A stretch of DNA of 64,000 nt from Macrostomum lignano. Lineage: Eukaryota. This document shows positions 46,701 through 60,439 of the stretch, in pieces. The notes below the pieces were generated by a model. It had not been told where the DNA came from. It was given only the letters and a program-made list of their open reading frames with translations, and ran no database searches. The position numbers and the translations under genes were made by a program. Numbering within the stretch: the first letter of the stretch is position 1; every line of letters starts with the position of its first letter. The stretch is from contig NIVC01000273.1 in assembly GCA_002269645.1 (NCBI GenBank), positions 1 to 64,000 on the forward strand, given 5' to 3'.

Positions 46701-49700
46701 AGTCAGCCAGTGAGCCAGGGTCCGATTGTACACAGGCAGCCATTTAGAACGCCCCATCCCCCACTGGAGAGAAAATACACTGCAGAGATAGGGAAAAGTT
46801 GTGGCGCAATCACTTGAAATTCATGCAAATTTTCAGCTCCAAGCAGAAAGAGGGGACAATTAAGATTATCAAAGGTCAAGACCGCCGTTTTCTGCTTTTT
46901 TGAGGATCTTAGAAATTAAAATTTCAGAATTAAAATAGCCTATAGCCGACCTCGGATAATTTCCAATCTTCCCATATAAGTTTCAACGCTGAGTTGGCAC
47001 TATTCAAGGAGGAGTTGTCGAAATGACAGACACACAGACAGACAGACAGACAGACAAACAACGCGTCAACTTTAGTATATATAGAGAAGATCTTCCCATA
47101 TAAGTTTCAACGCTGAGTTGGCACTATTCAAAGAGGAGTTGTCGAAATGACAGACAGACAGACAAACAACGCGTCAACTTTAGTATATGTAGAGAGATAG
47201 ACAGATAGATAGATAGAAGTGGAACTCCTCCTTCGGAGGAGAAAGAGGAAGAACTCCCATCACCGGAATTCCATTCCCTGAAATATTCATCAACTGAAAT
47301 TCCACCTCTTGAACCCTATCTTCCAAATCGTCTCCAAATTCTTTACAAAACCTTTCAAAGACCATAGCTCAAAGACTCTCACGTCTCTTATATCTCCTCT
47401 CTCCTCTCTTCGCTATTATCGTGACTCTCTTCTCTCTCCTCTCTCATCTCATATCTACCCCTACTCCCTTATTTATCTCTTCTCCCTCGTCTTTCGTCTG
47501 TACCCCCTCCTGTCTCCTCTGTTCTCTGTTCTATCACATCTCTATTCTTCACTTCTGTCTCCTGTCTCCTCTCTTCTCTCTTATCTCTCCCTCTTCTCTC
47601 CTCTCTCATATGTCATCTCTACTCACTTATCTATCGTCTCTCTTAACCCTCTCTCTCTCTTCTCTTTTCTCTCCTCTCTGCTCTCATTTCTCATATCTCA
47701 TATACGCTCTCACACTCTACTTTCTTGTCTCCCATCTTTCTTTCCTCCTTTCCACTATCCCCTGTCTCTTCTCTTCTCTCTTTTCTATCCTCTCCATTCT
47801 CTCTTCTCTCCTCTCCTTTCTCCTTTCATCTTCTCCCCTCTCTTCTCTAATCTCTAATCTCTTCTCTCTTATGTTTTCACTCATCTCTTCTCATCGCATC
47901 TCTCATCTCTCTTCTCCTCACTACTTTCCTCTCTACACTCTCTATCTCTGATATTTCATCTCTCTCCTCTCTCCTCTCTCTCTTCTCCTTTTGCTTCTCT
48001 CTCCCTCTTCATTCCCGCCTTACTCTCCCATTCTCTCCCGTATGTCATCTCTAATCTCTCCTCTCTCATATCTATTCTCTTTTCTCTCCCATTGGAAGAA
48101 CTCCTATCACCAGAATTCAATTCCCTGAACTTCATTAGCTGAATTCCATGACCCGAGTTCCATCATCCAAGTCCTCTCCGAAGACAAAAAGTCCTCTCCG
48201 TGAAACTGGACTCAATCGAAATTTACTTCGTCAGACAGAACTCAACTCTCAGGATTCAGTGGCTAGGGTTAGGGTTAGGGTTAGAGTTACACACAGCTGC
48301 GTGTTGAAAGGCACCAATAAAAAAAAATTGAACTAATTGAAGCAACAGATTGAGCAATCGATTTCTCAGTCAGCCAGTATCAGTCTCAGTTCAAGTTAGC
48401 AAAATGATTGCGCAATTTAAATCAACCATCCAATACACAGCCACCGCCCCCTTCCAATACGCAGTGGCAAGTAGAAGTTGAACCCCCCCAACTTTATCTC
48501 TGACCTATCGCAAAAATAAGTACAATCTTTGCAAAAGTATGGAAATCGTTTTTGAATGCTGTGCTTTTAGTTTTCATATTTAAAGCAAAAAAACTATATC
48601 CCTGAACTCAACGCTACAAACTCTTTCCAGCAATATAAGTCTCTCCTCTCAAAGTTCAAAAATCGAGCAACAGTTAGCATTTGAAATTTTCTGATTTAAA
48701 GCATTGAAATATCGAGTGTACGTTCACTGCCTGCAGCAGTGGGAGGCTCGCAAGTTTATTCATTGAATTTCACTGTCCAAAACTACACAGGGCAGCCTAT
48801 TGAAAATCAGAACACATATCGTTGCGCAATTGTCTATACAATCAGCCAGTGAGCTAGGGTCCGATTGTACACACGCAGCCACTGAGAACGCGACCATCCC
48901 CCCACTGGAGAGAAAATACACTGCAGAGATAGGAGAAAGTTATGGCGCAATCGCTCAAAATTCATGCAAATTTTCAGCTCCAAGCAGAAAGAGGGTACAA
49001 TTAAGATTATCAAAGGTCAAAACCGCCGTTTTCTGCTTTTTTAGGGATCTTAAAATGTAAAAATGAAAGATTAAAAAGCCTAAAGCCATCCTCGGAAAAT
49101 TTGCAGTTTTCCAATATAAGTTTCAACGCTGAGTTGCAAGTATTCTAGGAGGAGTTATGCAACAGACAAACAAACACACAAACATCGCACCAACTTTAGT
49201 ATATACACGAGGCCAACTCCTCCTTCGGAGAAGAAAGGGGAAGAACTCCAATCAGCGGAATTCCATTCCCTGAACTCCATCAGCGGAATCCCATTTTCCA
49301 ACACCTCTCCGCGCAACAGAAATCGTCTCCGTGAAACTGAACACCATCGAAATATTCTCCGCGAAATAGAAATCCTCTCCGTGAAACTGGACTAAATCGA
49401 AATTTCTACGTCAAACAGCCCAGCTCTCAGAATTCATTGGTTAAGGTTAGGGTTAGGGTTAGAGCTACACACAGCTGCGTGTTGAAAGACGCCGTAAAAA
49501 CATTGAACCAATTAAATTGCGCAACTTATTTCTCAGGCAGTCAGTATCAGCCTCAGTTAAAGTTAACAAAAAGATTGCGCAATCTAAATCAACCCTCAAA
49601 TACACAGCAACCGACCCCCCTTCCAATACGCAGTGCAGCTAGAAATTGAACCCCCCCCACCAACTATTGGGGGGTCGGTCGAACCCCCATTGAACTCCAA

Positions 49701-52700
49701 AATGAGCACAATCTTTGCAGAAAGCTAAAAGTATGAAAATCTTTTCTTGAATGCTGTGAATTTAATTTTCATATTTAAAGCAAAAAAACTTATATCCCCG
49801 AACTCATTGCAGCAAGATCTTTCCAGCAATATAAGTCTCTCCTCTCTAAGTTCAAAACTCGAGCAACAGTTAGTGTTTGAAACTTTCTGATTTTAAGCAT
49901 TGAAATATCGAGTGTACGTTCACTGCCTGCTAAAGATGCTCGCAAGTTTATGCATTAAAATGCACTGAATTTCACTGTGCAAAAAATACACAGGGCTTCC
50001 TGTTAAAAAACAGAACACAAATAGTTGCGCAATTGTCTATAAAGTCAGTCAGTGAGCCAGGGTTCAAGTGTACACACGCAGCCACTGAGAACGCGACCAT
50101 CCCCCCACTTGAGAGAAAATACACTGCCAAGATAGAAAAATTTTATGGCGCAATCACTAAAATTTATGCAAATTTTCAGCTCCAAGCAGAAAGAGGGGAC
50201 AATTAAGATTATCAAAGGTCAAGACCGCCATTTTCTGCTTTTTTAGGGATCTTAAAAATTGAAAATGAAAGATTAAAAAAGCCTAAAGCCATCCTCGGAA
50301 AATTTGCAGTTTTCCCATATAAGTTTCAACGCTGACTTGCAAGTATTCTAGGAGGAGTTATCCAACAAACACACACACACACAGACAAACAACGCACCAA
50401 CTTTAGTATTAATGGAACTCCTCCTTCGGAGGAGAAAGGGGAAGAACTCCCATCACCGGAATTCTATTCCCTGAAATATCCATCAACTGAAATTCCATGT
50501 CTTTAACCCTATCTTCCAAATCGTCTCCAAATTCTTTACAAAATCTTTCAAAGACCATAGCTCAAAGACTCTCAAGTCTCTCATATCTCCTCTCTCCTCT
50601 CTTTCATCTCATCTCTACCCCTGTTCCCTTATTTATCTCTTCTCCCTCGTCTTTCGTCTGTACCTTCTCCTGTCTTCTGTCTCCTCTCTTCACTCTTATC
50701 TCTCCCTCTTCTCTCCTCTCTCATATGTCATCTCTACTCACTTATCTATCGTCTCTCTTAACCCTCTCTCTCTCTTCTCTTTTCTCTTCTCTCTGCTCTC
50801 ATTTCTCATATTTCATATACGCTCTGACACTACTTTCTTGTCTCCCATCTTTCTTCCTCCTTTTCACTATCCCCTGTCTCTTCTCTTCTCTCTTTTCTAT
50901 TCTCTCCATTCTCTCTTTTCTCCTTTCCTTGCTCCTTTCATCTCTCTCCTCTCTCCTCACTCTCTTCTCCTTTCGCTTCTCTCTCCTCTCTCTCCTCTCA
51001 TCTTTACTACCTTATTTATATCTTCTCCCTAGTCTTTCGTCTGTACTCTCTCCTGTCTCCTCTCTCCCCTGCTCTCTCATCCCTCATCTCCTCATCTCAC
51101 TCTTTCTTTCTCCTCTACTCTCCCCTCTCTTCTATTGCCTCTGTACGCTCTTATCCCTCATCTATTCTCTCTCCTATCATCTCCAATCGTCATGTCTAAT
51201 CTCTCCACTCAATTTACTCTGTTTTCTATCATCTCTTCTCTCTTCTCTTTTCAGTCTTCTCTTTACTCTCTTCTCTGACTGATTGAAGATGCCAAATCCA
51301 TCAAAATCCTCTCCGCGAAGCAAAAATCCTGTCTGTGCAACTAAAAACCATCGAAATCCTCTCAGTGAAACTGGACTCCTTCGAAATCCTCTCCTTGAAA
51401 CCTGAATCCATCAAAATTGTTTCCATAAAACAGAAATCAATCATAAATTATCTCAGCGAAACAGAAAGCCTCTCCGTGAAGCTGAACATGATCGAAATCC
51501 TCTCCGTGAAACTGAACACCATGGAAATCCTTTCGTGAAACTGAACATCATCGAAATCCTCTCCACGAAACAGAAATCTTCTCCGTCAGAATTTAAACAT
51601 TGAAATCGTCTCCGCTAAACTTGACTTAATCGAATTTTTTCCGTCAAACAACTCAACTCGCCAGATTCATTAGGGTTAGGGTTAGGGTTAGGGTTAGAAC
51701 TACGCACAGCTTCGTGTTAAAAGGCACAGATAAAAATATTGAACTAATTGAATCAATTCATTGCGCAACCGATTTCACAGTCAGTCAGTATCAGCCTCAG
51801 GTAAAGTTAACAAAAGATTGCGCAATCTAAATCAACCCTCCAATCCACAGCTGTAGTGAGAAGTTGAACCCTCCCCCCAACTTTATCTATTACGTCTTGC
51901 AAAACTGAGTACAATATTTGCAAAAAGTTAAAAGTATGGAAATAGTTTTCCAAATGCTGTGCTTTTTCTTTTCATAGTTAAAGCAAACAACTTATATCCC
52001 CGAACTCAGCGTTGCAAGATCTTGCCAGCAATATAAGTTTCTCCTCTCAAAGTTTAAAACTCGAGGAACAGTTAGCGTTTGAAACTGTCTGATTTATAGC
52101 ATTGAAGTATCGAGTGTACGTTCACTGCCTGCTTGCAAGTTGATGCATTGAATTTCAATGTCCAACAAATACACAGGACTGCCCATTGATAGGCAGGAAA
52201 ACTTATCAGTAGCCATATCATTGCGCAATTATCTATAAAGTCAGCCAGTGAGCCAGGGTCCAATTGTACACACGCCGCCAATGAGAACGCGCCCATTCCC
52301 CCACAGGAGAGAAAATGCACTGGCGACATAGGAAAAAGTTGTGGCGTAATCACTCAAAATTTATGCCAATTTTCAGCTCCGAGCAGAAAGAGGGGACAAT
52401 TAAGATTATCAAAGGTCAAGACCGCCGTTTTCTGCTTTTTTAGGGATCTTAAAAATTGAAAATGAAAGATTAAAATAGCCTAAAGCCATCCTCGGAAAAT
52501 TTGCAGTTTTCCCATATAAGTTTCAACGCTGAGTTGCAAGTATTCTAGGAGGAGTTATCGAACTGACATACAGACAGACAAACAACACGTGAACTTTAGT
52601 ATATGTAGACGAGTGGAACTCCTCCTTCGGAGGAGAAAGGGGAAGAACTCCCATCACCGGAATTCCATTTCCTGAAATATTCATCAACTGAAATTCCATC

Positions 52701-55700
52701 TCTTGAACCCTATCTTCCAAATCGTCTCCAAATTCTTTACAAAACCTTTCAAAGACCATTGCTCAAAGACTCTCACGTCTCTTATATCTCCTCTCTCCTC
52801 TCTTCGCTATTATCGTGACTCTCTTCTCTCTCCTCTCTCATCTCATATCTACCCCTACTCCCTTATTTATCTCTTCTCCCTCGTCTTTCGTCTGTACCCC
52901 CTCCTGTCTCCTCTGTTCTCTGTTCTATCACATCTCTATTCTTCACTTCTGTCTCCTGTCTCCTCTCTTCTCTCTTATCTCTCCTTCTTCTCTTCTCTCT
53001 CATATGTCATCTCTACTCACTTATCTATCGTCTCTCTTAACCCTCTCTCTCTCTCTCTCTCTCTTCTCTCCTCTCTGCTCTCATTTCTTATATCTCATAT
53101 ACGGTCTCAGACTCTACTTTCTTGTCTCCCATCTTTCTTTCCTCCTTTCCACTACCCCCGTCTCTTCTCTTCTCTCTTTTCTAATCTCTAATCTCTTTTC
53201 TCTTATGTTCTCACTCATCTCTTCTCCTCGCATCTCTCTTCTCTCCTCTCCTCACTACTTCCCTCTCTTAACTCTCTCATCTCTGATTTTTCACCTCTCT
53301 CCTCTCTCCTCTCGCTCTTTTCCTTTCGCTTCTCACTCCTCCCTCTCCTCTCATCTCTACTACTTTATTTATATCTTCTCCCTCGTCTTTCGTCTCTACT
53401 CTCGTCTGTCTCCTTTCTCCCCTTTTTTCTCCTCTTTTCTCTCTTCTCTCTCCGCTCCTCTCTCATCTCTCATCCCTCATCTCACTCTTTCTTTCTCCTC
53501 TACTCTCCCCTCTCTTCTATTTCCTCTGTACGCTCTTATCCTTCATCTATTCTCTCTCCTATTATCTCTCTTGTCTCCCTTTGCTATCTCATATATCCCC
53601 TCTCATCTCCTTTCTCCTCTTCGCTTTTCTGTCCTTCGTTCCCGCCTTAATCCCCTCTTCTCTCCCATCTGTCATGTCTAATCTCTCCACTCATTTCTAC
53701 TCTGTTTTCTACCATCTCATATCTCTTCTTTTTTCATTCTTCTTTTTATTCTCTTCTCTGACTGATTGAAGATGCCAAATCAATCAAGATCCTCTCCGCG
53801 AAGCAGTCTGTGCAACTGAAAACCATCAAAATCCTCTCCGTGAAACTGAAAACCATCGAAATCCTCTCCGCGAAACAGAAATCCTGTCCGTGAAACTGAA
53901 AACCATCGAAATTCTCTCTTTAAAACTGGACTCAATCGAAATTTTCTCCGTCAAAAAGAATAAAATATCATGATTCACTGGTTAGGGTTATTGTTAGGGT
54001 TAGGGTTAGGGTTAGAGCTACACACAGCTGCGTGTTCAAATAAAAAAATTGAAACAATTGAATCAATTGATTGCGCAACCGATTTCTCAGTCAGTCAGTA
54101 TCAGTCTCAGTTAAAGTTAACAAAAAGATTGCGCAATTTAAATCAACCCTCCAGTACACAGAGACCGACCCCTTTTCAATACGCAGTGGCAGTTAGAAAT
54201 TGGACCCGCAACTGTTGGGGGCATTGAACTAAAAATGAGTACAATCTTTGCAGAAAGCTAAAAGTATGGAAATAGTTTTTTTATGCTGTGCTTTTAGTCT
54301 TTATATTTAAAGCAAACAATTTATATCCTTGAACTCAGCGTTGCAAGATCTTTTCAGCAGTATAAGTCTCTTCTCTTAAAGTTTAGAACTCGAAGAGCAG
54401 TTAGCATTTGAAAGTTCCCGTTTTAAAGCATTGAAATATCGAGTGTACGTTCACTGCCTGCCAAAGAGGCTCGCAAGTTTATTTATTAATTACACCGGCC
54501 GGCTATTACACAGGGCAGCCTATTGAAAGGCACAGATAATAAAACAAATTGATGGCGCAACCGATTTGACAGTCAGTCAGTATCAGTCTCAGTTAAAGTT
54601 AACAAAAAACATTGCGCAATCTAAATCAACCCTCCAATACACAGCAGCTGTGAGAAGTTAAACCCTCCCCCAACTTTATCTATTACGTCTCGCAAAACTG
54701 AGTACAATCTTTGCAGCAAGTTAAAAGTATGGAAATAGTTTTTCAAATGCTGACATGCTGTGCTTTTTCTTTTCATATTTAAAGCAAACAACTTATATCC
54801 CCGAACTCAGCGTTGCAAGATCTTTCCAGCAATATAAGTTTCTCTTTTCAAAGTTTAAAACTCGAGGAACAGTTAGCGTTTGAAATTTACCGACTGCTTG
54901 CCTGACAGACTCGCAAGTTTGCTCATTGAATTTCACTGCCCAGCTAATACACAGGGCCGATAATAAAACCAATTGAATCTCGGCACAGTTTTATCTGTTC
55001 ACAACAGCTATGTACACTCAGCCCAAGCCCAACCCCCCGTTCCGGGGGAATCATTAAATTTAACCCAACCCCCCGACACGCGGGGGTTTTATTTGCATTG
55101 AACCCAGAACACGCGCACCCACCACCCCTCAATACACAGCGGCCCGCGGGCGGAGGTTGGGGTGGCTATTTTTGCAAACTGGCTGCAGCCCCAGCCAGAG
55201 TGGCAAAAGAAGGTTATTGGGGGTCAAAAAGGCAGTTTTCTGCTTTTTTGAGGATCTTAGAAATTAAAATTTCAGAATTAAAATAGCCTATAGCCGACCT
55301 CGGATAATTTCCAATCTTCCCATATAAGTTTCAACGCTGAGTTGCCACTATTCAAGGAGGAGTTGTCGAAATGACAGACAGACACACAGACAGACAGACA
55401 AACAACGCGTGAACTTTAGTATATACGAGTGGAACTCCTCCTTCGGAGGAGAAAGGGGAAGAACTCCCATCACCGGAATTCTATTCCCTGAAATATCCAT
55501 CAACTGAAATTCCATGTCTTTAACCCTATCTTCCAAATCGTCTCCAAATTCTTTACAAAATCTTTCAAAGACCATAGCTCAAAGACTCTTACGTCTCTCA
55601 TATCTACTCTCTCCTCTCTTCGCTATTATCGTGACTCGCTTCTCTCTCCTCTCTCTCATCTCATCTCTACCCCTACTCTCTTATTTATCTCTACTCCCTT

Positions 55701-58209
55701 ATTTATCTCTTCTCCCTCGTCTTTCGTCTGTACCCTATCCTGTCTACTCTCCTATCTTCTATCTTATCTCTCCCCTTTTCTCTCCTCTCTCATATCTAAT
55801 CTCTAATCACTTATCTATCGTCTCCGCTCTACTTTCTCTCTTCTTTTTTCTCTCTTCTCTCTGCTCTCATTTCTCGTATCTCTTATACACTCTCACCCTC
55901 TCCTTTCTTATCTCCCATCTTTCTTCCCTCCTTTCTACTGCATCACCTGTCTCCTCTCTTCTCTTTTCTCTCCTCTCCATTCTCTCTTCTCTACTCTCAT
56001 CTCCCCTCATCTCTTCTCTAATCTCTAATCTCTTCTCTCTCTTATTTTCTCACTCATCTCTTTTCTCATTGCATCTCTCATCTCTCCTCTCTCTCTCTCC
56101 TCTCATCTGTACTATCTTTTTTATCTCTTCTCCCAGGTCTTTCAAATTTACTCTCTCCTGTCTCCTCTCTCCCCTCGTCTTTCCTCTCTCATATCTCTTC
56201 TCTACTCACTTATATATTCTCTCTCCTCTGCTCCCCTTTTACACTTTCCTATATGCTCTCACTCTCACCCTCCCCTTTCTTATCTGCTGTTTTTACACTC
56301 CTTTCTACCACCTGTCTCCTCTCGTTTCTCTCCTCTCTGCACTCTCATCTTTACCCTCTTCTTTCTCCTCACTACTTTCTTCTCTTAAATCTCTGATCTC
56401 TGATCTTTCATCTCTCTCCTCTCACCTCTCACCTCTCTCCTCTCTTTCCTCTCTTCTATTGCCTCTGTACGCTCTTGTCCCTCCTTTCTTCTCCATCCTG
56501 TCTCCTCTCTGCAATCTCATATCTCCTCTCTCATATCCTCTCCCTTCATCTCCTCTCTCCTCTTCTCTTCTCTCTCCTTCGTTCCCGCCTTACTTTCCTC
56601 TTCTCTCCCATCTGTCATGTCTAATCTCTCCACTCATTTCTACTCTGTTTTCTATCATCTCATCTCTCTTCTCTTTTCATTCTTCTCTTTACTCTCTTCT
56701 CTGACTGATTGAAGATGCCAAATCCATCAAGATCCTCTCCGCGAAGCAGAAATCCTGTCCGTGCAACTGAAAACCATCGAAATCCTCTCCGTGAAACTGG
56801 ACTCCTTCGAAATCCTCTCCTTGAAACTTAAATCCATCAAAATCGTCTCCATAAAACAGAAATCAATCATAAATTATCTCCGCGAAACAGAAATCCTCTC
56901 CGTGAAGCTGAACATCATCGAAATCCTCTCCGTGAAACTGAACACCTTCGAAATCCTCTCCGTGAAACTGAACACCTTCGAAATCCTCTCCTTGAAACTT
57001 AAATCTATCAAAATCGTCTCCATAAAGCAGAAATCAATCATAAATTTAACTCCGCGAAACAGAAATCCTCTCCGTGAAGCTGAACATCATCAAAATCCTC
57101 TCCGTGAAACTGAGCACCATCGAAATCCTCTCCACGAAACAGAAATCCTCTTTGTCAAAATTAAAACATTGAAATCGTCTCCGCTAAACTGGACTCAATC
57201 AATTTTTTCCGTCAAACAACTCAACTCTCCGGATTCATTGGTTAGGGTTAGGGTTAGGGTTAGAACTACGCACAGCTTCGTGTTAAAAGGCACTGATAAA
57301 CTATTGAACTAATTGAATCAATTCATTGCGCAACCGATTTCACAGTCAGTCAGTATCAGTCTCAGTTAAAGTTAACAAAAACATTGCGCAATCTAAATCA
57401 ACCCTCCAATACAAAGCAACTGACCCCCTTCCTATACACAGCGCCAGTTGGAAGTCGAAACCCCCAACTTTATCTCTCACCTCTCGCCAAAATGAGTACA
57501 ATCTTTGCAGAAAGTTTAAAGTATGGAAATAGTTTTTGCAATGCAGAGCTTTTAGTTTTCATATTTGAAGCAAACAATTTATATCCCTGAAATCAGCTTT
57601 GCAAGTTCTTTCCAGCAATATAAATTTTTTCTCTCAAAGTTAAAAACTCGAGCAACAGTTTGCGTTTGAAACTTTCTGATTTAAAGCATTGAAATATCGA
57701 TTGTACGTTCACTGCCTGCTAAAGAGGCCCGCAAGTTTATGCATTGAATTTCAACGTTCAACAAAATCACAGGGCTGCCTATTGAAAATTAGAACACAAA
57801 TCTTTGCGCAATTGTCTATACAGTCAGCCAGTGAGCCAGGGTCCGATTGTACACAGGCAGCCATTTAGAACGCCCCATCCCCCCACTGGAGAGAAAATAC
57901 ACTGCAGAGATAGGGAAAAGTTGTGGCGCAATCACTTGAAATTCATGCAAATTTTCAGCTCCAAGCAGAAAGAGGGGACAATTAAGATTATCAAAGGTCA
58001 AGACCGCCGTTTTCTGCTTTTTTGAGGATTTTAGAAATTAAAATTTCAGAATTAAAATAGCCTATAGCCGACCTCGGATAATTTCCAATCTTCCCATATA
58101 AGTTTCAACGCTGAGTTGCCACTATTCAAGGAGGAGTTGTCGAAATGACAGACAGACACACAGACAGACAGACAAACAACGCGTCAACTTTAGTATATAT
58201 AGATAGAGA
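43750..58209 (-). mobile_element. Head-to-tail array of 7 non-autonomous Helitron-like units (composite satellite)
   Basis: Units at ~43750-45410, 45410-47085 (plus a terminal duplication to ~47205), 47215-49203, 49204-50410, 50411-52603, 52604-55420 and 55421-58209. The minus strand starts (TC)TATATACTAAAGTT, has a (GACA)n microsatellite near that end, and ends in a CTCCTCC-GAA-GGAGGAG hairpin ~13 nt before a CTA-like terminus. One (TTAGGG)3-5 tract per unit. Confidence 0.72.
43891..44345. repeat. 110-bp tandem repeat, ~4 copies, built from AAATCCTCTCC subunits
   Basis: AAACAGAAATCCTCTCCGGG recurs at 43891, 44001, 44111 and 44221. Confidence 0.92.
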
Positions 58210-58218
58210 TTAAGAGAA

Positions 58219-58505
58219 ATTGTCACACAACCGGCGAGAGGCATTACTGCCCATTCCGCCGACTCCCCTGAGCAGGCACACAAACGCAAGGATACGTACG
58301 CAGTCATACGCACAGGCACACACTCACACAGGAGTGTACAGCGGCCCTAACTTCATTTAATCGTTAGGCTTGTACACTTCGATCACTGTGCCTTGGGGGT
58401 TGGCTCAAGGGGGTTGGGCGTTAATTGCAGGAGCAGGGTCAAGCCGGTATTCTAATTTAGCTCCAAATTAATTTGACCGCACTTGAAATCGAGCCTGGGC
58501 CGCTA
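58219..58505 (-). mobile_element. Third copy of the tRNA-derived SINE-like element
   Basis: The reverse complement AGCGGCCCAGGCTCGATTTCAAGTGC...CTCTCGCCGGTTGTGTGACA aligns with 35065-35310. Confidence 0.7.
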
Positions 58506-59529
58506 GTACATGAGAGCCCCCTTTACCCATGGAGTTCGTAAGGTGATTAGTTAGACTGATTTCAGATTTATTCAGTCAAATTTAGAATTGAAAAAGTGCA
58601 AGTATATCGTCTAATTTACACATTTACACTAGGCGTGCTTCGTGGGCCTTAGTGTAAGGTGTGTTAACCACCCCCTTGCGCCCTCCTCTTCGGCCCCTCC
58701 GGAAATCAATTGTTTGATTTTTATTTGGCCTTGTGTGTGCAGTTGCTCTGACTTTTATTTGTCTGAGTCGCCTTCCCTTGCTCGTCGCTGCTTAGTGCTT
58801 GCTGCCATCCCGCCGCCTTTGCTTTCTGGTGGTGTGGTCGCGGGTCAAGTTTACACTCAGCCACAGCTAACTCTCCTGGCGCGGCGCGGCGAGGCTGTCG
58901 CTCAGCAGAGTTGCGCAACAGCCACTGCGCCTCAGCAGTAGGCTGCAGCAGTAAAGTGCATCGTATCACAAAAAGTACACATGTAGACAGTCTCTCACTC
59001 GATGTCAGTAGCGCGTGTACGCCCTAGCACAATAGCTAACCAGCCGCACATCCCATGCATGTACTGTTGTTAAGCGCCTGTAACAATGGACTAAAAACTG
59101 CTGTACAATTTGTCCTGTGTCAATGCGTAGATGCTGAATGCATGTATCAATCTGAAAAATGTCTTTATTTACATGTGTTGTACATGCGTTGATAAATAAG
59201 ATAAAATGCGTCTCTGTCCATACCTGTGTCACTTTCTGGCCTAAAGTCAGAGATCGTCTACTAAATAGTAGCAAGGAAATAATATGAAGTTAATCTATTG
59301 CAGAGAGTGTTTGATAGTTAAATAGAATTTCAAAAGTGTGTCCGGAGGTGAGGTCCCAGCTCAACGGTTTAAGACCAGCAGAGAAAAGACTCAGAAATAT
59401 CAAATGTACCAATAGCATTGCCTTTCTGCACGAAGAAGGTCTATGGTACGATATAGCTATTCCCATCCGATTTGCTCATGTCCGGGAGCTAAAGGTCCGT
59501 GGATTGCAATGTGAATCGGACACGAGATT

Positions 59530-59838
59530 ATTCCCCATTTATACCAGTGCTAGGGCAATAAATGCTTGAGTGACTTGTTTATTGACCGAGGCGAAGCCGA
59601 GCTAGGTCAATAAGCGAGGCACGAAAGCATTTTTGCCCTAGACACTTGATATTAATGGGGAATATGTGATGTATCCACCACTTGTCCTGGGCGAACGTCT
59701 ATGGTCTCAGTGTAAATTTCATTTATTGGCATCGAAAGAGCAGTTGCACAGTGAAATAAACCGTTTATTTGCACCGATGCAAATAAATGAAATTTACACT
59801 GAGACCATAGACGTTCGCCCGGGGCAAGTGGGGTATAC
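59530..59838. repeat. Two adjacent foldback (MITE-like) palindromes, 59530-59663 and 59671-59838
   Basis: Arms ATTCCCCATT...CTAGGGCAATAAATGCTT / AAGCATTTTTGCCCTAG...AATGGGGAAT surround TTATTGACC...GGTCAATAA. A second pair has ~60-bp near-perfect arms CACTTGTCCTGGGCGAACGTCTATGGTCTCAGTGTAAATTTCATTTATT. Confidence 0.8.
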
Positions 59839-60439
59839 GAGCGTACATGTTAGAATCTGTGGTCTAAGGAATCATTTTCGGAGTCTATGGTCAAGGTTTG
59901 AATTCCAAGAAACATCTTTAGGGCCGTGTTTTAATATTTTTATGCGTTTTTTACGCAAATTGTCATGCTTCTGCTCTACATAAATCCATACTTGGTGGTG
60001 ATATGCACGGCTTGCTTCTCGAAGAACTGGACTTTCTTTCTTTGTTGGCAAAGGCAGAATAATAGACCAATGGACTGGACTGGATTACCGGTTCTTGGCG
60101 TTGGATGCAGCTACATGTACGTATACGCTTTGGATTCAGAATTGCACAATTTGCTTGAAGATCTTGCCGATTTCGGACCTGAACTATCGACTGAACAGAA
60201 GTAACCGTCTTTTCCACCCTCCTGGTACCCATCGTGTCAGAAGCCACAGCAGGAGCCGTGACAGGCGAGCCTTAACAGCTGGTCGGGCCCTTTCACAACT
60301 GTTCCTTCAACTTCTACTTGAAGTGATAGACAAACTCGTCAAGAAGAGTTAGCTGAATTCAAGTGACAGGAGAGACAGAGGCATGTCTTTTTTTTAGCAC
60401 CATTATTATTCAGTGTTACCGCAGCTTGTTGCAATCTTC

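Noticed and set aside
47309-57312. Long Leu/Ser-rich and LKTIEILSVK-repeat ORFs (e.g. 55514-56704, 56761-57312)
   Set aside because: Products of CT low-complexity tracts and AAATCCTCTCC subrepeats that lack stops by composition; frames are not conserved between units.
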